From the NCBI GenBank assembly GCA_964574355.1, contig CAZNMD010000004.1:1-53480 (forward strand): 53,480 bases of DNA, written 5' to 3'. Source of the DNA: an uncultured Candidatus Saccharibacteria bacterium. Its GTDB lineage: Bacteria; Patescibacteriota; Minisyncoccia; Phycocordibacterales; DSPV01. This document shows positions 41,961-48,582 of this stretch, one piece after another (the stretch's first letter is position 1; each line of letters begins with the position of its first letter). The position numbers and the translations under genes were made by a program. The notes below the pieces were generated by a model that saw only the letters and a list, made by a program, of their open reading frames with translations, had not been told where the DNA came from and did not search any database.

Positions 41961-42478
41961 ATGGTCGCTAACGTTTGAATACCTCCCATTACCATAAAGA
42001 GTATCGTAAATGAAAAACGAGAGACAATTAAACCACCGATTATGATGCCAATACCGGTAATGATTGTCGCTCCTCCTTCGGCGATTCCCCAGCTGAAGCC
42101 AGAGTTTTTTCTGTTTTCATATTTTGCATAAAGTGCATCCCAGGTAGGTGTTGCTAGTGCACTCGCGAGCCCAAGACCTGCTTGTACTATAAAAAGATGG
42201 ATTGGAGATGATACAAAGATATAACCAAAAGTGAAGAGAGCATTTAGTGCGTACCCCGCAATCATTATTTTTTCTTTACTTACTTTTTTATCGCTTAAGG
42301 TTCCGAAAAGAATATTAAAGACACCGGTAACAATAAGATATGTCGCCCAGGCGAAAGAGATGTCGAGAATGTCTCCGCCAACATGTTCAGTAAAGATAGC
42401 AAAAAGTGGACCTAACATTCCCTCGGCAAGGTACCAAATGTTTGAAGCCCAGAGAAGATTTTTTGCCTTAGGGTTCAT
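41930..42478 (-). CDS. Half-size (6-TM) MFS-type membrane protein
   Basis: 182 aa with six hydrophobic helices. MFS motif A-like GTLSDKKVSKEK between helices 2 and 3. No second half is encoded in the adjacent sequence. Confidence 0.55.
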   Translation of the reverse strand: MNPKAKNLLWASNIWYLAEGMLGPLFAIFTEHVGGDILDISFAWATYLIVTGVFNILFGTLSDKKVSKEKIMIAGYALNALFTFGYIFVSSPIHLFIVQAGLGLASALATPTWDALYAKYENRKNSGFSWGIAEGGATIITGIGIIIGGLIVSRFSFTILFMVMGGIQTLATIYQMRLLRRI

Positions 42479-42746
42479 GTGATTTTTCGTTTTTTAGAAT
42501 AGCACGTACTGTAAAAGGGGCTGGGGATAGTCATATTTTTAATAAAAAAATTCACCCGAACGACTCTGGAAGAGTTGTTCGGGTGAGGGGTTGTGCTAAA
42601 CCGTCCGTGGTTTAGCGGAGGCGGCGCACCGAGGAGGTATTCGTCGTACGGGTGTTGGTCGTGGCATTCATAAGGTGTCCTCAAAGGAACACGCGGGAAT
42701 GTGTCGAGCATTCGGAATCATCGTAGGATGACCCTCTTGCTTTCTG
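42479..42746 (-). promoter_or_regulatory. Long structured 5' leader with intrinsic terminator (riboswitch/attenuator candidate) of the half-MFS gene
   Basis: GC-rich 42590-42746 with hairpins, for example 8-bp GCTAAACC/GGTTTAGC (42595-42616). 14-bp terminator stem at 42553-42585 followed on the minus strand by AATTTTTTTATT. ATG at 42478. Confidence 0.5.
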
Positions 42747-42752
42747 GATAAA

Positions 42753-42781
42753 ATGGTAATTGATTCTCTTATGTGGGTCAA
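42753..42781 (-). promoter_or_regulatory. Sigma70-like promoter driving the structured leader
   Basis: On the minus strand, TTGACC (42776-42781), 17 nt spacer, TACCAT (42753-42758). Confidence 0.45.
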
Positions 42782-42923
42782 GTTTTCTGTACGCTACAAA
42801 TTGTTAACAAGTAAGTGACTATTTTGGGCGCGCTTGGTGTTGTACTCCGTGAGATACATAATTGAAAACAAGCTTGTCTGGTTATGGTTCCTTCAAGGCA
42901 AGGTAGGCCTGTGTATTAGTTGA

Positions 42924-42952
42924 TTGTCGCCTTGTATCTTGCGGGGTATACT
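42924..42952 (+). promoter_or_regulatory. Promoter candidate for the 51-aa ORF
   Basis: TTGTCG (42924-42929), 17 nt spacer, TATACT (42947-42952). Confidence 0.4.
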
Positions 42953-42983
42953 ATTCATAACTTACTAATAATTGTGTGGTTTT

Positions 42984-43139
42984 ATGGATTTTCCTAGTAA
43001 TAATTCTCGAACACAAGTTTCCGAAGGTCATAAGAATGTGCTCTTTTTTGGAAGCTTGGTTGCTGTTGGTGTTGTTGTATGGCTCATGGCCTATAAGACA
43101 GGTCTTGTTGCCTATCTTTTTGCTGCGGTAGGAATGTAA
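42984..43139 (+). CDS. Small membrane protein (51 aa), below the ORF-track cutoff
   Basis: My translation is MDFPSNNSRTQVSEGHKNVLFFGSLVAVGVVVWLMAYKTGLVAYLFAAVGM, which has two hydrophobic segments. It has its own promoter candidate and a strong terminator. Confidence 0.45.
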   Translation: MDFPSNNSRTQVSEGHKNVLFFGSLVAVGVVVWLMAYKTGLVAYLFAAVGM

Positions 43140-43158
43140 AATAGTTTTTATATTTTAT

Positions 43159-43200
43159 AAAAAACACTCTTTTCGATAAACGAAAGAGTGTTTTTTATTT
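43159..43200. terminator. Bidirectional rho-independent terminator
   Basis: AAAAACACTCTTTCG ataaa CGAAAGAGTGTTTTT, then TATTTTTT. Confidence 0.75.
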
Positions 43201-43299
43201 TTTCACCTCGTATCTGATATGAAGAAAAAGTGTAAGACCATAACTTGAGCGCTTGCGCACCTTGGACACCAAAGATGCTGCCACTATAATGAAACAAGT

Positions 43300-44283
43300 A
43301 TGAATCACGAACGCGCAAAAAAAGAATTCATTCTTACGCCTTTGAAACTGACGTTGTTTCAAGGAGTTGGTCCTGTTCGCCCGCATGTTCGAGGAATTCC
43401 TTGTGCTATGTGTCAGCGTGATGATGCGCCTCTTTCAAGTAATGTTTCGATTGGACGCGCGCGACTTATTTGTGAAGCGTGTGCGGTGGATGAATTTTGT
43501 GAAATTGAGGGATATGAGAGTAAAGATGTGGCGGCGAGCGCTCGTCGTCGTTCGGTTGAAACTCCTCTTTTGTTTGCCGAGCTTGCTCTTTCTTTGTATG
43601 TGCGAGAAAAAAGATTACATTCTGTTGATGATGTGAAGGTTGATGATCGTGCTCGTGTTGTAGCGAAGGCACATCTCACTTACGTTACGGCATTGTCACA
43701 AAGGGAACGTCGTGAAATTGAAACGCTTAAAGAACAAAGAGCGGTAGAAAGACGATTGAGAGCCTTGCTGCGTTTTTTGGATGAATCGGGGAAAGAAACA
43801 ACATCTCAAGCGGTCTCTGTTTCTCTTAGTCGTGCCGAATATGAAAAGTTGTTGGTTCTTTCGTATCTTGGAAATTTTATGATCAACGGGATGTTTAAAG
43901 AGCGAAGTGAAACGTATGACGAGGTGTTGAGTAAACTTTTTGCTAAAGCCCGAGAAAGCGGGTTTGGACGTTACGTTGAAACGGCTGAGGGTGTGTCGGT
44001 GCCGTCAAAAGAGTTTTCACATCATCCTGATGTGAAAAGATATAGGCGGGAGTATGATGAAGAAATATTTTGGGATGAGCTGGTTCGCCGGCTTGCCGAT
44101 CGAGACATTCGGGCGGAAAAAGGAGCAGCAGCGATTGCTCGATTATCACCAAAACAGTATGAAGAGCTCATTTCGTTTTATGAAATTCCGTACGTTGAAG
44201 AGTTTGATCGTCACGGACTAAAGCGAATAGTTCTTGAAGAGGGGTTGGGTGATGAAAATAATTTAAATGAAGAAGGGTCGTGA
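43300..44283 (+). CDS. Orphan hypothetical protein (327 aa) with N-terminal CxxC...CxxC zinc-ribbon-like motif
   Basis: IPCAMCQRDD...RLICEACAVDEFCE, then a charged helical region. No family recognised. Confidence 0.5.
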   Translation: MNHERAKKEFILTPLKLTLFQGVGPVRPHVRGIPCAMCQRDDAPLSSNVSIGRARLICEACAVDEFCEIEGYESKDVAASARRRSVETPLLFAELALSLYVREKRLHSVDDVKVDDRARVVAKAHLTYVTALSQRERREIETLKEQRAVERRLRALLRFLDESGKETTSQAVSVSLSRAEYEKLLVLSYLGNFMINGMFKERSETYDEVLSKLFAKARESGFGRYVETAEGVSVPSKEFSHHPDVKRYRREYDEEIFWDELVRRLADRDIRAEKGAAAIARLSPKQYEELISFYEIPYVEEFDRHGLKRIVLEEGLGDENNLNEEGS

Positions 44284-44325
44284 AAGTAAGTTTTAATTAC
44301 AAGAGTCTAGCTGTATACGTGTTCT

Positions 44326-44775
44326 ATGAGTGTATCAAGACAAAATAAAGTAGTGATGGGGTGGGGAATCTTTATTCTTGCTGTTGCGGGAGGTCTTATC
44401 GCCCTTGCTTCTTTCTCAAGTTCTCAACCGGGTCCGCTTGATGGATTTGCGCAGTGTTTAAGCGACAAGGGGGCGACTTTTTATGGAGCATATTGGTGCC
44501 CACACTGTGCTGATCAAAAAAAGATGTTTGGACGATCAGTAAAGAAGTTGCCGTACGTTGAATGTTCAACTCCGGATGGACAAGGGCAGCTTCCGGTTTG
44601 TGCTGAGAAAGAAATTAAAGGATATCCAACATGGGTATTTGCTGATGGCACACGTGAATCAAGGACGATGTCATTGTCTGAACTCGCCTCAAGAACTAGT
44701 TGTGTCCTTTCTACTGATGCAGAAACTTCGGAGTTGGTCACCCCGATTTCAACAACGACGAGTTCGGCTCTCTAA
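44326..44775 (+). CDS. Membrane-anchored thioredoxin-fold thiol:disulfide oxidoreductase (CPHC active site)
   Basis: TM WGIFILAVAGGLIALA, then GATFYGAYWCPHCADQKKMFG...IKGYPTW. Confidence 0.65.
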   Translation: MSVSRQNKVVMGWGIFILAVAGGLIALASFSSSQPGPLDGFAQCLSDKGATFYGAYWCPHCADQKKMFGRSVKKLPYVECSTPDGQGQLPVCAEKEIKGYPTWVFADGTRESRTMSLSELASRTSCVLSTDAETSELVTPISTTTSSAL

Positions 44776-44798
44776 GATTTGTACAGCAAAGTGAATGC

Positions 44799-44827
44799 AA
44801 AAAAGTGGTCTCTCACCACTTTTTTTG
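44799..44827 (+). terminator. Rho-independent terminator
   Basis: AAAAAGTGGT ctctc ACCACTTTTT, then TTG. Confidence 0.65.
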
Positions 44828-44843
44828 TGGCATACTTACATAC

Positions 44844-45371
44844 ATGAATAGGTTGTCAAAAAAGAGTATGGTTGGCCTCGGTGTGGGCGGTCTCATTCTT
44901 TTTATTTTTTTGTATTCCTTTGGTGTATTTTTACAAAATGAAAAATTGAGTGATTTTGTGGTTCCGGCTTTAGGACAACCAACTCTCGCTACAAAAAGTA
45001 TTCGCATTGGTAACACAAGCCTTCAGGTTGAAATTGCTCGAACAAATGAAACACGCGTGAGTGGTCTTTCGAATAGGTCAGAGCTTAGAGAAGGAACAGG
45101 AATGCTTTTTGAGTTTGAACAAGATGGTCGCTACAGTTTTTGGATGAAAGAAATGAAATTTCCTATCGATATGATTTGGTTTGATGCTGGGCGTCGAGTT
45201 GTTCATGTTGTTAACGGGGCAACGCCAGAGTCATACCCAACTCTTTTCACCCCAACCACACTCTCACGTTTTGTTCTTGAGGTTCCGGCGGGATTTGCTA
45301 CTCGTCACAACATTGTTGTAGGAGATTCGTTTGAATTTGTTGAAGTGACCGGTAGTGTTGAGGCAGATTAA
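44844..45371 (+). CDS. DUF192 domain-containing protein
   Basis: VEIARTNETRVSGLSNRSELREGTGMLFEFE...FWMKEMKFPIDMIWFD...VLEVPAG. Start moved to the ATG at 44844, downstream of the terminator. Confidence 0.7.
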   Translation: MNRLSKKSMVGLGVGGLILFIFLYSFGVFLQNEKLSDFVVPALGQPTLATKSIRIGNTSLQVEIARTNETRVSGLSNRSELREGTGMLFEFEQDGRYSFWMKEMKFPIDMIWFDAGRRVVHVVNGATPESYPTLFTPTTLSRFVLEVPAGFATRHNIVVGDSFEFVEVTGSVEAD

Positions 45372-45608
45372 GCTTTTTTGCAGTGTGTTTTTTGTGTGAC
45401 ACAACCTTTGCTTTCAAAAGTACAGTAAAGGGTGACTCTTTTTAGTGGGGTACTTTTTTTGCTGTCAATATTGTCTTTCTTTCTCTCGCGTACTCATATG
45501 CTTATCCCCAGCTTATTTTGGGTTACGATAGGTATACAATGTAGACCGAATTACGTAGTAGGTAAGTCCGTATATTTTTATACATTTAATTAACGTTTCC
45601 CACTCACT

Positions 45609-47927
45609 ATGTCCGCAACAAAGAAAAAAGTTTCGGTAAAGGTCGAATCTCCTACGGTCAAACTTGTCCAAAAGCGTGACGGTTCGATCGTTCCGTTTGA
45701 TATTGGTCGTGTCCGTAATGCCATTCATAAAGGCATGATTGCGACCGGTGAAGGTACCGAAAAAGAAGCAGAACTTGTTGCGGGAAAAGTGTACGCAGAG
45801 CTCGTTCGAATCACGAAACGCTACAAAAATTTTATTCCAACAGTTGAAGGTATTCAGGATACTGTCGAAAAGGAGTTGATTCTTTCAGATTATGTAAAGA
45901 CAGCCAAGTCTTACATTCTATATCGTGAACAACGCTCAAAACTTCGAGAGAAAGGTTTTCATGTTCCAGAGCGTGTTCGAAAACTTGCCACGCAGAGTAA
46001 GAAATACTTCAAAAATTCATTGGGAGAGTTCGTCTACTACCGAACGTATTCTCGTTGGATTGCAGAGGAGGGTCGTCGTGAGACATGGGTTGAGACAGTT
46101 GACCGCTATGTTTCCTTCATGAAGGAAAATCTTGGCAAGAAATTAAAAGATGTTGAATACGAGGAAGTGCGTGAGGCAATTTTGAAACAGGAAGCAATGC
46201 CTTCGATGCGCCTTTTGCAATTTGCAGGTAATGCGGCGCGTACAACTCATGTTGCTGCATACAATTGTTCATTTATTGCACCTGAATCATTCCGCGATAT
46301 CACCGAGATTATGTACATTTCGATGTGTGGTACTGGTGCAGGGTGGGCGGTTGAAAGTGCGAATGTTCAAAAGCTCCCACAGATCAAACAACAGAATGGT
46401 AAAAAGAAGCCAACACATGTTGTTGGTGATAGTAAGGAGGGTTGGTGTGATGCGTTTCTTTTGGGAATGGAAACATGGGCAGAAGGTTATGATATTGAAT
46501 TTGATTATTCCCAAATTCGTCCAGCTGGTGCGCGTTTGAAGACAATGGGCGGCAAGGCGTCAGGTCCTGATCCATTGATTCGTCTTTTGAGTTCAACACG
46601 AGCTCGTATGTTAAAAAACCAGGGTCGCCGTCTTGCCAATATTGATGTTCACGACATCATTTGTATGGTTGGTGACTGTGTGGTTGCCGGAGGAGTTCGC
46701 CGAAGTGCCATGATTTCACTTTCCGATCTTGATGATGAACAAATTCGTGATGCTAAAAAAGGTCAGTTCTATCTCACTGATCCGCACCGAGCTCTCGCAA
46801 ATAACTCAGCGGTATATATCAATAAGCCAACAAACGAAGAATTTCTCGAAGAATGGATGGCTCTTATAAAGAGTCAGTCAGGAGAGCGAGGTATCTTTAA
46901 CCGAGGCTCATTGGCTAAGACCTTACCAGAGCGACGTTTGAAGGTATTGAAAATGCGAGGTTATTTTGATCCAACAGGAACGGTAATTAATGGTCCTATG
47001 GGTACTAATCCTTGCGGTGAGATTATTCTTCAGTCGAAACAGTTCTGTAACCTTTCTGAGGTTGTTGCTCGAAAAGAAGATACACTTGATTCGCTTATGA
47101 GAAAGGTTCGTGTCGCAACGATTCTTGGGACTTATCAGTCAACGTTGACCAATTTCCCTTATCTTTCAAAAGAGTGGAAGCAGAATTGTGAGGAGGAACG
47201 ATTGCTCGGTGTTTCAATTACTGGCCAGTGGGATTCTCCTGTTGTTCGAAAGCCAGAGACACTGGAACTTCTTCGTAAGGAAGCAATAAAGATAAATCAA
47301 ACATACGCCAAGCGTTTTGGGGTTAGTGCGTCGACAGCCATTACGTGTGTGAAGCCTTCAGGAACATTGTCGCAAATGGTTGATTGTTCTTCAGGTATGC
47401 ATCCACGACATTCACCATTTTATATTCGCCGTGTTCGCATTAGTGCCACTGACTCACTCTTTAAGATGCTTAAAGATCAGGGTGTTCCTTATCATCCAGA
47501 AGTTGGGCAGGCGGCAGATTCGGCAACGACCTACGTTCTTGAGTTTCCTGTAAAAGCTCCCGATAATTCAATCTTTAAAGATGACATTACCGCCATTCAA
47601 CAACTTGAGCATTGGAAGATTGTGAAGCAAAGTTATACCGAACATAATCCATCAGTTACTGTCTCTGTCGGTGAAGATGAATGGATTGCGGTAGCTGAGT
47701 GGGTGTATCGAAATTGGGATATTGTCGGTGGTCTTTCATTCCTTCCTCGCGATAACCACGTTTATCAGCTTGCGCCATACGAAGCAATTGATGAAAAGAA
47801 ATATACCGAGCTTGTAAAACGCTTTACGAATATTGATTACTCAAAAATCATTACGTACGAAAAGCGAGATGATATTGATTTGAAAAAGGAATTGGCGTGT
47901 GTCGCGGGAGTGTGTGAAATTGTATAA
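45609..47927 (+). CDS. nrdJ: Class II (adenosylcobalamin-dependent) ribonucleotide reductase with N-terminal ATP-cone
   Basis: ATP-cone VQKRDGSIVPFDIGRVRNAI. Catalytic NPCGEIILQS..FCNLSEV. C-terminal redox Cys pair CVAGVCEIV. Confidence 0.85.
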   Translation: MSATKKKVSVKVESPTVKLVQKRDGSIVPFDIGRVRNAIHKGMIATGEGTEKEAELVAGKVYAELVRITKRYKNFIPTVEGIQDTVEKELILSDYVKTAKSYILYREQRSKLREKGFHVPERVRKLATQSKKYFKNSLGEFVYYRTYSRWIAEEGRRETWVETVDRYVSFMKENLGKKLKDVEYEEVREAILKQEAMPSMRLLQFAGNAARTTHVAAYNCSFIAPESFRDITEIMYISMCGTGAGWAVESANVQKLPQIKQQNGKKKPTHVVGDSKEGWCDAFLLGMETWAEGYDIEFDYSQIRPAGARLKTMGGKASGPDPLIRLLSSTRARMLKNQGRRLANIDVHDIICMVGDCVVAGGVRRSAMISLSDLDDEQIRDAKKGQFYLTDPHRALANNSAVYINKPTNEEFLEEWMALIKSQSGERGIFNRGSLAKTLPERRLKVLKMRGYFDPTGTVINGPMGTNPCGEIILQSKQFCNLSEVVARKEDTLDSLMRKVRVATILGTYQSTLTNFPYLSKEWKQNCEEERLLGVSITGQWDSPVVRKPETLELLRKEAIKINQTYAKRFGVSASTAITCVKPSGTLSQMVDCSSGMHPRHSPFYIRRVRISATDSLFKMLKDQGVPYHPEVGQAADSATTYVLEFPVKAPDNSIFKDDITAIQQLEHWKIVKQSYTEHNPSVTVSVGEDEWIAVAEWVYRNWDIVGGLSFLPRDNHVYQLAPYEAIDEKKYTELVKRFTNIDYSKIITYEKRDDIDLKKELACVAGVCEIV

Positions 47928-47943
47928 AAGGACTTGAATAGAT

Positions 47944-47970
47944 AAAACCCCGCTTTTGGCGGGGTTTTAT
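47944..47970. terminator. Bidirectional rho-independent terminator shared by nrdJ (+) and rnpB (-)
   Basis: AAAACCCCGC ttttg GCGGGGTTTT. Confidence 0.8.
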
Positions 47971-47974
47971 CATG

Positions 47975-48402
47975 GTGCACTTCGTACCGATAAGCCGAAT
48001 TCTGTGCGTTATACGCATGTGCATAACGCGGTGGTCATTCATCTGGGCCTTGTGTTACCACAAAGCTCGAGCGGCACTTCCGTCTTACGACGGACACGAC
48101 CTTGCACTTAGGTAAGGATTTAGCCGTTGCACCCCCGTATTGCTACGGGGTCATTCCGTTTGCACGGAATCCCTATCCTTTCGGAATTGGGCGTTTCTGT
48201 TCGCACCTCTAGGATCACTCCAGGCGGGCGTTACCCGCTACCGTGCTCCCTACCATTATCGATAGGGAAGTGTTCGGACTTTCCTCCGAGCACCGTTACA
48301 AATAATTGAATACAAGGATAGTTTGTATCGCCTAACTGCAAAATAGTCTTATCAAACTCAATTACTTATAACGGTGCTCGGCGGCCACCTGATACGAAGC
48401 GA
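47975..48402 (-). ncRNA. rnpB: RNase P RNA, bacterial type A
   Basis: The minus strand carries GGAGGAAAGTCCGAACAC (P4 5' strand, complement of ~48270-48287) and ACAGAATTCGGCTTATCGGTACGAAG (P4 3' strand and P1, complement of ~47981-48006). P1 pairs CTTCGTA with TACGAAG and P2 pairs GGTGG with CCACC. Confidence 0.85.
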
Positions 48403-48582
48403 TTTTATTTTACAACAAACTATATAATAAGTACAGAGTGTCTTTTGTTTGACTGTTTCGGTAAATGGTTTCCGTCTTTGTTTTTAGGGCAAAAAGAGAG
48501 TTCCCCACATTGCCGAGCCCTTGATGGATAGTATAATAAATAGATAGCATCGCGTTTTATTTCTTAATGTCTTATTCAACCA

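Noticed and set aside
42475-42711. 78-aa minus-strand ORF upstream of the half-MFS gene
   Set aside because: It spans the terminator hairpin and U-run. The translation is Pro/His/Asn-rich with no start context. The non-coding leader interpretation is preferred.
45372-45608. Cobalamin riboswitch upstream of the B12-dependent RNR
   Set aside because: There is no B12-box-like GCCACTG/AGYCMGG element and no GC-rich multi-stem structure. The region is AT-rich.
48127-48309. 60-aa plus-strand ORF
   Set aside because: It lies entirely inside the RNase P RNA gene on the opposite strand. Its openness is explained by the GC-rich structured RNA.
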